This document shows positions 30,082 through 39,259 of a stretch of 64,000 bases of DNA, piece after piece. A model generated the notes under the pieces. The model was given only the letters and a program-made list of their open reading frames with translations. It had not been told where the DNA came from and did not search any database. Origin of the DNA: Acidobacteriota bacterium (lineage in GTDB: Bacteria > Acidobacteriota > UBA890 > WLXD01); assembly GCA_965248695.1 (NCBI GenBank), contig CBDFKD010000002.1:1664001-1728000 (forward strand), written 5' to 3'. Both the position numbers and the translations under genes were made by a program. Position 1 is the first letter of the stretch. Each line of letters begins with the position of its first letter.

Positions 30082-31782
30082 CTACGACTCCACCTTCTGC
30101 GCTGGCTTGTGGTCACGGCGGATCATGGTGTTGAGCGCGGCGCCTGCCGCCACCATCGGATACACGACGTCATGCTGCTCGACGACGAATTCGATCAGGA
30201 ACGGTGACCCGGTGTGCGCCCGCGCGCGGCGCACGGCGACGTCGACCTCGTCGCTCTCGGTCACCCGACATGCCGGAATTCCGAAGGCACCCGCGAGGCG
30301 ACGAAAGTCAGGATGGAACATCGGCGTGGCGTTGTAGCGACGATCGTGGAACAGCTCCTGCCATTGACGGACCATACCCAGATAGCCGTTGTTGATGATT
30401 GCAATCTTGACCTCGACGCCTTCCTGCACGGCGGTCGCCAGCTCGGGCATCGTCATCTGGAATCCACCGTCGCCGACGATCGCCCAGACTTCCTCCTCCG
30501 GGCGAGCAATCTTCGCACCGATCGCCGCCGGCAGGGCGAAGCCCATCGTGCCCATGCCGCCGCTCGTGATCAGCGTCCCAGGGCGGTCGTGCGGGTAGTA
30601 CTGCGCCTCCCACATCTGATGCTGCCCGACGTCGGTTATCGAGATGGCGTCGCCGCCGGTACTACGCCAAAGCTCGTGAATGGCGTGCGCCGCCAGGAAG
30701 CTGTCCGGATCGGGCGGGTGCGTGAGGATGTCGCGCTCACCATCTTCGTCTTGCCAGGACTTGATCTTGTCGATCCACGGCTGGTGATCGGCGGGGGCCA
30801 GTCCGGCCGCCATCGCGCGAATCCAGTCGCCGACATCGGCGACGGTGCCCACTTCTACCTGGATCAGCTTGTTGATCTCCGCCGCGTCGATGTCGATGTG
30901 GATCTTCTTGGAGTGCGGCGAGTACTCCGCCAGCTTCCCGGTCACGCGGTCGTCGAATCGCATCCCCAGCGCCAGCAGCAGGTCGGCTTCCTGAATGGCG
31001 TGGTTCGCTGCCGCTTCGCCGTGCATCCCCATCATGCCAAGCGACAGCGCGTGCGCCTGTGGGAAACCGCCTTTCCCGAGCAGCGTCTGGGTCACCGGAA
31101 TATGCAACGTCTCGGCGAACGCCACGAGCTCGTTGTGCGCCCCGGAGATCAGAACACCGTGCCCGGCCAGGATGACCGGGCGCTCAGAGGAACGCAGCAG
31201 CTCGTGAGCGCGCACGATATCGGCGTCCGGGATGACCGCAGGCTCATCGGCGTAGGCGGGCTGCGGCCCGAGATCGGCGGTCTCGAGCTGCACATCCTTG
31301 GGGATGTCCACCAACACCGGCCCCGGTCGGCCCGTGCGAGCGATGTGGAACGCCTCGTGGAGCGCCGGTCCGACCTCGGCGGCCTCGCGCACCAGCACAC
31401 TGTGCTTGGTGATCGGTAAAGTGATACCGATGATGTCGGTTTCCTGAAAGGCATCGGTGCCCATGAGGTGTTGCGGGACCTGCCCGGTGATGAACACCAC
31501 GGGCGATGAATCCATCATCGCGGTGGCGATGCCGGTGACCAGGTTGGTGGCTCCAGGTCCGCTGGTGCCGATCGCGACGCCTACCTTGCCGCTGGCACGA
31601 GCGTACCCGTCGGCCATGTGGGCGGCCCCCTGCTCATGGCGCGTCAACACATGGTGGACGTGCGGATACTTGCTATGGGCATCGTACGTCGGCAGGATCG
31701 CACCGCCCGGATAGCCGAACACGACGTCGACGCCTTCGCGAGCCAGGCACTCCCAAACAATCTCGGCACCGGTGAGCTTCAT
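30082..31782 (-). CDS. ilvB: Acetolactate synthase large subunit
   Basis: FGYPGGAIL, RHEQGA, RFDDRVTG, GDGGFQMT...NNGYLGMVRQWQ. Confidence 0.97.
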   Translation of the reverse strand: MKLTGAEIVWECLAREGVDVVFGYPGGAILPTYDAHSKYPHVHHVLTRHEQGAAHMADGYARASGKVGVAIGTSGPGATNLVTGIATAMMDSSPVVFITGQVPQHLMGTDAFQETDIIGITLPITKHSVLVREAAEVGPALHEAFHIARTGRPGPVLVDIPKDVQLETADLGPQPAYADEPAVIPDADIVRAHELLRSSERPVILAGHGVLISGAHNELVAFAETLHIPVTQTLLGKGGFPQAHALSLGMMGMHGEAAANHAIQEADLLLALGMRFDDRVTGKLAEYSPHSKKIHIDIDAAEINKLIQVEVGTVADVGDWIRAMAAGLAPADHQPWIDKIKSWQDEDGERDILTHPPDPDSFLAAHAIHELWRSTGGDAISITDVGQHQMWEAQYYPHDRPGTLITSGGMGTMGFALPAAIGAKIARPEEEVWAIVGDGGFQMTMPELATAVQEGVEVKIAIINNGYLGMVRQWQELFHDRRYNATPMFHPDFRRLAGAFGIPACRVTESDEVDVAVRRARAHTGSPFLIEFVVEQHDVVYPMVAAGAALNTMIRRDHKPAQKVES

Positions 31783-31794
31783 CAGATCACCCTC

Positions 31795-32211
31795 CTATTC
31801 GAGCAGCACGGCGCCTTCACTGGCGCTACTGACCATGCTCGAGTAGCGACGCAACCACTTGCTAGGGAACGTACCGCGGAACTCGGTGATCTCGGCAAGG
31901 CGACGACGGAGCTCATCGTCCGGGACGTCGATGTCGATGCGACGTTCGACCAGGTCGATACTGATGATGTCGCCATCCTGGACCGCCGCCAGCGGTCCGC
32001 CTGCTGCGGCTCCCGGGCTCACGTGGCCGACGCTGAGGCCACGGCTACCGCCCGAGAAACGGCCGTCGGTTTGCCCGGGGATGATGTCGATATAGCTGTT
32101 GCAAACCGCGATGAACGGCTTGCGCATGTCGGCATCGGTCACCCCCGTCGCCTTCAGGAGCGCTCGGTGCGGAGCTCGCTCGAACCCCTGTTTGATACGG
32201 TCAGATCTCAT
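31795..32211 (-). pseudogene. ilvD: Dihydroxy-acid dehydratase remnant with large in-frame internal deletion
   Basis: N-terminal MRSDRIKQGFERAPHRALLKATG...NSYIDIIPG is joined directly to C-terminal TDGRFSGG...GHVSP...WLRRYSSMVSSASEGAV; 138 aa versus about 550-560 aa normally. Confidence 0.9.
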
Positions 32212-32265
32212 CGGGTTTTTTCCGGTCTCCGGCCCGCGGCGACGCAACGGACTCGAACTAGCTAC

Positions 32266-32294
32266 AAAAAAGGCCCCCGCGTCCTGCGGGAGCC
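32266..32294 (-). terminator. Intrinsic terminator of the ilv attenuator
   Basis: Minus strand GGCTCCCGC-aggac-GCGGGGGCC-TTTTTT, about 55 nt upstream of the ilvD start. Confidence 0.85.
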
Positions 32295-32320
32295 GCGATT
32301 CGCCTCGGTGTCTCCGGCGT

Positions 32321-32383
32321 CTAGTCGGCTGCCCCCGCGTCCCCCGGCAGCGCTACGATGCCGAGGTAGTCGATGGGGCACAT
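32321..32383 (-). CDS. Putative ilv attenuator leader peptide (20 aa)
   Basis: MCPIDYLGIVALPGDAGAAD*, with Ile/Leu/Val codons followed by GCGGGGGCAGCC, which is complementary to the terminator 5' arm. Confidence 0.6.
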   Translation of the reverse strand: MCPIDYLGIVALPGDAGAAD

Positions 32384-32829
32384 AAGAAGGAGTACAGATG
32401 ACCGGGCAGCCGCACGTACTCCACGCAGCTCCAACTGTCGCGCGTCGATATCGGCTCCGCAGCTCGTCACTTTCCACACCTCGTTCTTTGTCGACAAGGC
32501 GGACGTTAGCAAGGCCCGAGAGCACCGGTCAATAGCGCCAGTGGTAGCCCGGGAAGAAAGATCTATGGCGACCGTGATCCCCACCTCCAATCCGGGCTGG
32601 GGTAGCCCGCGCATGCGGTCAACTCTCGTGGCATTCACGGGTTATGCTAGCGTCACTTCCACTGCTCGGTCGGGGGCGCGCATTCGCGCAGGAGTAGCGG
32701 CAAAGATCGATTCTCGCCAAGCTCGCTGATCCACGAGCGGGCGGACGCCCGGAACGCCACAGGTAAATGTGCGCTCGTGCTGCGCCTGACGTGGAGCTTC
32801 CGTCAGGCAACCTCGGAGAAAGACACTCA

Positions 32830-34794
32830 GTGGCCTCCAACACCCACAACGGAAACGGTGCTCGCCCCCAGGATCTTGCCTGGCGAGTCGGCGGCGCCCA
32901 GGGCAGCGGCGTCGACACCGCGGCGCTCATCTTCCAACGCGCTTGCGGCATCGCCGGTCTGCATCTCTACGGTCGGCGGGAGTACTACTCCAACATCATG
33001 GGGCGCCACAGCTACTACGACGTCCGTGCGTCGGAGCTGCCGCGCACGGGACATCGCGACACCGTGGACCTGCTGACCACGTTCGAGGCCGAGACGCTCG
33101 TCCGACACATTCTGGCGGTGCGCGAGGGCGGCGGAGTGATCCATACGGCCGCCGATGCCGACGTCCCGCTGAACAACATCACGTTCCTCGACGGACGCTT
33201 GACCAACGACCTCAGTGCGTACCTCGAGGAGCGCGGCCACGAAACGACCACCGCAGGCCTGCTGGAAGATGCCCGCAACCGCGGGGTGCAGTGCTTCGAG
33301 GTCGACTTCGACGACATCGTCAACCAGCTGGCGGAGCGGCTCGAGGTTCCTCAGGCGATGGCGGCGCGGACCAGAAACACGCTCGCGGTGGCAGTGTCCA
33401 CGGCGCTGCTCGACTTCCGGCGCGACTTCGTCAAGAAGGCGCTCGAGCGCACCTGGCCAGGCCGCCAGAAGATCATCGATCTGAACGTCGAGGCAGTGGA
33501 GCTGACGTACAACTTCGTCGACGAGCAGTTCGACCGTAGCGATTTCTCCATCGATCTGAACTCGGCAGAGACGAGCGAGAAGCGGATGATCATCAACGGC
33601 AACCAAGCCGTGGCGCTCGGGAAGCTCGCCGGTGGCATTGCCGTGCAGAGCTACTACCCGATCTCGCCGGCAACCGACGAGAGCACCTTTCTGGAAGCGC
33701 ACGAGGAGTTCGGTACCCGAGACGGTGGAACGACGAACGTGCTCGTGGTGCAGACCGAAGACGAGATCGCGGCGATCACGATGGCCGCCGGCGCGGCGCT
33801 GACCGGAGCACGATCGGCGACGGCGACGTCAGGGCCTGGTTTCGCGCTCATGTGTGAGGGTCTCGGGTGGGCGTGCATCAACGAGGTTCCGCTGGTGATC
33901 ACGCTGTGGCAGCGCGGCGGCCCGTCGACCGGGATGCCGACACGCAACGAGCAGGGCGACCTCCGTATCGCGACCGCCGGGGCACATGGCGACTTTCCGC
34001 TCATGGTCGTGGCGTCGGGTGACATCATCGAGGCCTTCTACGATGCCGCCGAGTGCTTCAACTACGCGGACCGTTATCAGACCGTCGTCGTGCACATCGT
34101 TGACAAAGCGCTATCGAGCTCGTCGCGGACGCTGCCCTACTTCGACCTCGATCAGGTCACGATCGATCGTGGCGACATCGCCGAGCCTCGAGGGGAAAGT
34201 GACGGCACGGCGTTCCCGCGCTTTCAGGTAACGGAGTCCGGTGTGTCACCCCGCACGCTGCTGGGGCAATCCGGCAACGCCCACTGGATGACCGGTGGCG
34301 AGCACACACCAGAGGGTCGGGTGACCGAGGATCCGGTCGTCCGTGAGCTGCAGATCGAGAAGCGCGCCCGCAAGATGGAGCTCGCGGCACGGGAGATCCC
34401 GCTCGAGGAGAAGATAAAGATCTTCGGTGATCGCGATGCCGCCCTTACGATTCTCAGCTGGGGCTCCAACAAAGGAGCCATCCTGGAGACGCTCGATGTG
34501 CTCGAGGAGGCCGGCGTGGCGGCGCGCTTCATTCAGGCACGACTGATGTTGCCGTTCCCTGCGGACGAGTTCAGCGAGATGCTCGATAACGCCGAACCGC
34601 TGGTCATCGTCGAGTCGAACTTCTCCGGCCAGTTCGCGCAACTGCTGCGCCAGCACACCGGAATCCAACCCGATCACCTCATCCTGAAATACAATGGCCG
34701 GCCGATCTCGGCCGAGGAGCTGGTCGTGGCCGTCAATGACGTTCGCTCCGGCGACGCGCCGCCGCGCATCGTGCTTCGCAACCCGCTCCAATAG
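32830..34794 (+). CDS. 2-oxoacid:ferredoxin oxidoreductase alpha subunit (gamma-alpha fusion)
   Basis: GGAQGSGVD, YYPISPA, EDEIAA, ATSGPGFALM, QRGGPSTGMPT; GTG 32830 after GGAG. Confidence 0.93.
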   Translation: MASNTHNGNGARPQDLAWRVGGAQGSGVDTAALIFQRACGIAGLHLYGRREYYSNIMGRHSYYDVRASELPRTGHRDTVDLLTTFEAETLVRHILAVREGGGVIHTAADADVPLNNITFLDGRLTNDLSAYLEERGHETTTAGLLEDARNRGVQCFEVDFDDIVNQLAERLEVPQAMAARTRNTLAVAVSTALLDFRRDFVKKALERTWPGRQKIIDLNVEAVELTYNFVDEQFDRSDFSIDLNSAETSEKRMIINGNQAVALGKLAGGIAVQSYYPISPATDESTFLEAHEEFGTRDGGTTNVLVVQTEDEIAAITMAAGAALTGARSATATSGPGFALMCEGLGWACINEVPLVITLWQRGGPSTGMPTRNEQGDLRIATAGAHGDFPLMVVASGDIIEAFYDAAECFNYADRYQTVVVHIVDKALSSSSRTLPYFDLDQVTIDRGDIAEPRGESDGTAFPRFQVTESGVSPRTLLGQSGNAHWMTGGEHTPEGRVTEDPVVRELQIEKRARKMELAAREIPLEEKIKIFGDRDAALTILSWGSNKGAILETLDVLEEAGVAARFIQARLMLPFPADEFSEMLDNAEPLVIVESNFSGQFAQLLRQHTGIQPDHLILKYNGRPISAEELVVAVNDVRSGDAPPRIVLRNPLQ

Positions 34795-34804
34795 GCAGGC
34801 TGCC

Positions 34805-35779
34805 ATGACCACCGCAACCGAGACGACATACAAGGCCAAGGATTTCCAGCAGGCGAGCCCCAATGATTGGTGCCCGGGCTGTGGCGATTTCGGCATCCTC
34901 AACGCTATGCACCAGGCATCCGCGAAGCTCGCGCTCGATCCCTCCAAGGTCGTAGCCGTCGGCGGTATCGGATGTTCCGGAAAGGCCCCGTACTACATGG
35001 GTACATACGGCGTGCATACGCTGCATGGTCGTCCGATCCCGTACGCCACGGGAATCAAGCTGGCGAATCCGGAGCTCACCGTGATAATCGCCGGCGGCGA
35101 CGGCGACGGCCTCGGCATCGGTGCGGGCCACTTCGTCAATGTAGGGCGCCGCAACGTCGATCTCACGTACGTCATGTTCAACAACGAGGTCTACGGGCTG
35201 ACGAAAGGACAGGCGGCGCCGACGATGGCGATGGGCATGCAGACCAAGAGCCTCCCTGAGCCCAATATTCAGATGAAGCTCAACCCGCTGATGATGGCGT
35301 ATGCCAGCGGATTCACGTGGATCGGACGCGGCTACTCGTTCAATGTCAAACAGCTGGTGGAGTTGCTCGTTCAAGCGATCTCACATCCCGGGCTGTCGTT
35401 TCTGGACGTTCTGCAGCCCTGTCCGACCTACAACGACCTCCACACCAAGGAATGGTTCGCCGGCAAGGATCTCGAGGAGGTGCGGCCTCGCGTTCAACCA
35501 CTGCCGGACGACTACGATCCGGTGATCGAGCCCGAGATGTCAGAAGACGAGCGCTGGGAGCACACACGCGACTTCATGGAGATGTCGCAGCGCTGGGGCG
35601 ACAGCATTCCCACTGGCCTGTTCTTCGAGAACCGCGCGGTCAGCACCTTCGCGACCCGTATCGAGAGCCGTCTGGAGAGCTATGCGGCAAACGCGCCAGC
35701 GGTAAAGAAGATCGCCGACGACAACGGCGTCAGCAACGCCTCGCTGGATCCGATCTTCGACGAGCTATCGGTCAACTGA
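34805..35779 (+). CDS. 2-oxoacid:ferredoxin oxidoreductase beta subunit (TPP binding)
   Basis: WCPGCGDF, GIGCS, GGDGDG, NNEVYGLTKGQ, QPCPTYN. Confidence 0.95.
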   Translation: MTTATETTYKAKDFQQASPNDWCPGCGDFGILNAMHQASAKLALDPSKVVAVGGIGCSGKAPYYMGTYGVHTLHGRPIPYATGIKLANPELTVIIAGGDGDGLGIGAGHFVNVGRRNVDLTYVMFNNEVYGLTKGQAAPTMAMGMQTKSLPEPNIQMKLNPLMMAYASGFTWIGRGYSFNVKQLVELLVQAISHPGLSFLDVLQPCPTYNDLHTKEWFAGKDLEEVRPRVQPLPDDYDPVIEPEMSEDERWEHTRDFMEMSQRWGDSIPTGLFFENRAVSTFATRIESRLESYAANAPAVKKIADDNGVSNASLDPIFDELSVN

Positions 35780-35788
35780 GCTACCGCT

Positions 35789-37798
35789 TCAGGCTTCGAG
35801 CGGCGCCACCTCGACCCGGGCATCGTTGAAGCAGGCGCCGTCGCCAACATCGGTGTAGTCGTCGGGCACGAGCGCGTTGGTAGTGCGCCCGTTCAGGGTG
35901 TTGTGCTTCCACAGCCCCTTGGGCATGAACACGACGCCGGCTCGCACCCGGCCGGTGATCTTCGCCAAGCAGTGCATCTCGCCGATCTGGTTGTACACTC
36001 GCAGGCGCATGCCATCGATGATGCCGCGCGATGCCGCGTCGTCCGGGTGAATGCTGAGCGCCACCTGACCGCGATGCAACTGGCCGAACATGGAGCTCAT
36101 GCGGCGGCTGGTGGCCGGAGATACCAACGCCAGCGGATGCGCCTCGGTACGGGGGTCGGGTCGGAACGCATAGAGGCCCCCGGGGGCGGCGTCGTCGAGG
36201 GCCTCGGGCACGAGGTGCGCCCTGCCGTCCGGCGTACGCGGGGCTAGATCCCCGAACTGCACCGCCCCGGTGTTGCAATCGAGAATCGCGATACCCGCCC
36301 TGGCGATCGGCTCGCGAAGAGCACTGTCGGCCAGGATCGCGGCAGACAGGTCGTCTGGGCCGTGCGCATCGCCGTCGCGACTCAGGCCCAGCCGCTCGCA
36401 CAGCTGATCGAAGACCTCGTAGTTCGGTCGTGCTTGTCCGGCTGCACGGACCACCGCGTCAGCCTGCTGAACAACCAGCGCCCCGTAGCCGCTGCGGAGC
36501 TCGGTGTGTTCCAGGAAAACGGTGGCCGGTAGCACGACGTCGGCATACAGAGCGCTGTCGGTCATCACCTGCTCGAAAACCACCGTGAAGAGATCCTCGC
36601 GCCGCATGCCTTGGAGCACGCGCTCCTGATCCGGGAGAATCGACGCCGGGTTGCAGTTGTACACGAACAGGACCTTGACCGGCGGATCGTCGGTCTCCAG
36701 CAATGCCCGTCCGATACGGTTCAGGTTGATGGTGCGCGCGGCGGTCGGTGCGGCATTGGCGGCACGCGTCGCCTCGAGCGGCATGGCGCCACCGTTGCTG
36801 AGCAGGTAGCCGCCGCCGAGGACTCCGAACTTACCCGCGACGGCCGGAAGCGCCAGCACCGCAGCCACCGACGAGCACCCATTGCGATTGCGTTCCATCC
36901 CCCAACCGGCGCGAATCACCGCCGGGCTCGAGTCGGCGTACCAGCTCGCCAGCGTCTCGATCTCTGCGCTGGAGATGCCGGCGACCGCAGCAGCGCGATC
37001 CAGCGGCCACTCGGAAGCACGGCGCCGGAACTCGTCGACCTGGCGCGCGTTCTCGGAAAGGAACTCGAGATCAGCCCTGTCGTTCTCGAACAACCAGTTG
37101 GCCACCGCCAGAGCCACGGCCACGTCGGTTCCGGGCTGCACCGCCAGATGCAGATCGGCCTGGCGCGCCAGTCGGTTGCGCCGTGGGTCGACGACCACCA
37201 GCCGAGCACCGCGGCGGCGTGCCTCCTGTACGTGTGGCAGCAGGTGAATCCCGGTGACCGCCGGGTTGCAGCCCCAGATGACGATCAGCTGTGCGTGCTC
37301 GAAGTCGGAGAACGCCACGCCGGGCATCTTGCCGTACATGCCCATCAACGCCATACCGGTCGGAACGGCGCAAACGTTGCGCGCCAGGTTCGAGGCGCCC
37401 AGCCGGCGGAACAACCTGGCGTCGGTGGTGTCCTGGGTCAGGGCGCCGTTCGAGCCACCGTAGCTGAGCGGAAGAATCGCCTCGCCGCCGAACTCCGAAG
37501 CAGTTTCGCGCATGCGTTCCGCGATCAGATCCAGAGCTTCGTCCCAGGTCGCGGTTCGAAAGCGGCCTTCGCCTTTCGCCCCGACGCGGATTGCGGGTTG
37601 CAACACCCGCTCGCTACCGTACATGTGCTCGGGCAGGGCGCGTACCTTGCTGCAAATGAACCCGTCGGTGAGGGGATTTCGACGGTCGCCGTCCACCGTG
37701 ACGACGCGGTCGTCCTCGACTTCGACGGTCAGGCTGCATGCGTCGGGACAATCGAGCGGACAGTGAGACTGCCTCTGCACGGTTACCTCCCCGGACAT
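35789..37798 (-). CDS. Molybdopterin-dependent oxidoreductase (4Fe-4S, DMSO reductase superfamily)
   Basis: CPLDCPDAC, GFICSK, WDEALD, ADVVLPA, IHPDDAASRGI. Confidence 0.92.
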   Translation of the reverse strand: MSGEVTVQRQSHCPLDCPDACSLTVEVEDDRVVTVDGDRRNPLTDGFICSKVRALPEHMYGSERVLQPAIRVGAKGEGRFRTATWDEALDLIAERMRETASEFGGEAILPLSYGGSNGALTQDTTDARLFRRLGASNLARNVCAVPTGMALMGMYGKMPGVAFSDFEHAQLIVIWGCNPAVTGIHLLPHVQEARRRGARLVVVDPRRNRLARQADLHLAVQPGTDVAVALAVANWLFENDRADLEFLSENARQVDEFRRRASEWPLDRAAAVAGISSAEIETLASWYADSSPAVIRAGWGMERNRNGCSSVAAVLALPAVAGKFGVLGGGYLLSNGGAMPLEATRAANAAPTAARTINLNRIGRALLETDDPPVKVLFVYNCNPASILPDQERVLQGMRREDLFTVVFEQVMTDSALYADVVLPATVFLEHTELRSGYGALVVQQADAVVRAAGQARPNYEVFDQLCERLGLSRDGDAHGPDDLSAAILADSALREPIARAGIAILDCNTGAVQFGDLAPRTPDGRAHLVPEALDDAAPGGLYAFRPDPRTEAHPLALVSPATSRRMSSMFGQLHRGQVALSIHPDDAASRGIIDGMRLRVYNQIGEMHCLAKITGRVRAGVVFMPKGLWKHNTLNGRTTNALVPDDYTDVGDGACFNDARVEVAPLEA

Positions 37799-37922
37799 AC
37801 TCGGACTATTATTTGATCCGAGCCGGTGCGTGGGGTCTGATAGCGACTGGCCGACATTCTAGCGAACGGCTCCAGGGCCCGTAACGGGGGCGTGCTGGTC
37901 CGGAGCCCAGTGGGGTGGTCCG

Positions 37923-39257
37923 ATGCAGGCATTCTCGTTTCTGCATTGCGCCGATGTTCATCTGGGGGCACCGGTACGTGGCCTCGGCCGTCTGCCGGCG
38001 CGTTTGCGCGAGCGTCTTCGCGATGCACCGACCGAGGCCCTCGCTCGTCTGGTGGCCACTGCGATCAACCGCGATGTCGACGCGGTGATCGTATCCGGCG
38101 ACCTGTTCGACGCCGATGACAGGAATCTGCGCGCTCACGCCGAGTTGCGCGAACAGCTCCAGCACCTCGACGAGGCCGGCATCCCGAGCTTCATCGCCTC
38201 CGGCAACCACGATCCGATCGGGACTCTGTCGCCCGGCGTGCGCCTGCCCGACTCGACCCACGTCTTCGGACCCGAAGTCGAGTCCGTGCCGTTACTGCGA
38301 AACGGCGATGAGCTGGCGCGGATCTACGGCGTCTCCTACACCAAATCCGCTACGTACGAGAACCTCGCGGCGGCCTTTCCGCGCAACCCTGACGGCGATT
38401 TCTCGATCGGTGTTCTCCACACCAACGTCGGCGACCAGGCGGGACACGATCCCTACGCCCCGTGCCAGCTCGGCGACCTCACGCAGACCGGTTTCGATTA
38501 CTGGGCGCTCGGGCACGTTCACACGCGCGCCACTCTGCACACCAGGGCACCGGTGGTGCACTACCCAGGCAATCCACAGGGGCTTCACACGCGGGAGCCC
38601 GGCGCGCGTGGCGCGACGCTCGTCGCGATCGACGACGGCGGCCGGGTCGAGCTCGAGCCGATCTGGACCGATGTTGCGCGCTGGCACCGCGTGCGGACGT
38701 CAATCGACGGGCTCGAGGCGATCGACGATCTCATCGGCGCGTTCGCCGAGCTGTCGGGATCGATCCGCGGCTGCGCACCGAATCGGATCCACCTGGTCCG
38801 CTGGACCCTGACGGGCAGCGGCCCATTGCACGCGGAGCTCAGCCGGCCGGCGACGGAGACCGATCTGTGCCACCTCCTGCGTACCGCGCAGACGATCCGC
38901 GCCGAGGGCGATCCGGTATGGCTCGAGCGACTTGATATCACCACCAGCGCGGCGCACGACGTGGAACGTCTCCGCCGGCAGCAGGACTACCTGGGGGACA
39001 TGCTGCGTCTGGCGGTGGAGATTCGCGACGCGCCCCCAGCGCCAAGCGCCGCGACCGTCGGCGACGAGCGTCCACCCGCTGTCGACCCACGAGGTGTCGG
39101 CGCCAGCGTGCGTGCCGACCTCGCCGAGTTGCTGGACAACCCACGGCTGACGCGTGCGATCGGCTCGGACCCGTGGCTCACCTTACGGTGGCAGGAGATC
39201 GTCGCCCACGCCGAGACACTCGCCATCCATCACCTAGCCCCCACCGAGGCCAACTGA
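37923..39257 (+). CDS. SbcD/Mre11-like metallophosphoesterase (YhaO-like)
   Basis: ADVHLG, SGDLFD, GNHD, YWALGHVH, YPGNPQG. Confidence 0.92.
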   Translation: MQAFSFLHCADVHLGAPVRGLGRLPARLRERLRDAPTEALARLVATAINRDVDAVIVSGDLFDADDRNLRAHAELREQLQHLDEAGIPSFIASGNHDPIGTLSPGVRLPDSTHVFGPEVESVPLLRNGDELARIYGVSYTKSATYENLAAAFPRNPDGDFSIGVLHTNVGDQAGHDPYAPCQLGDLTQTGFDYWALGHVHTRATLHTRAPVVHYPGNPQGLHTREPGARGATLVAIDDGGRVELEPIWTDVARWHRVRTSIDGLEAIDDLIGAFAELSGSIRGCAPNRIHLVRWTLTGSGPLHAELSRPATETDLCHLLRTAQTIRAEGDPVWLERLDITTSAAHDVERLRRQQDYLGDMLRLAVEIRDAPPAPSAATVGDERPPAVDPRGVGASVRADLAELLDNPRLTRAIGSDPWLTLRWQEIVAHAETLAIHHLAPTEAN

Positions 39258-39259
39258 CG

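Noticed and set aside
32400-32829. Possible riboswitch or small gene between the ilv leader and the oxidoreductase operon
   Set aside because: No TPP, T-box or other motif recognised; only short palindromes and a possible -10 (TATGCT).
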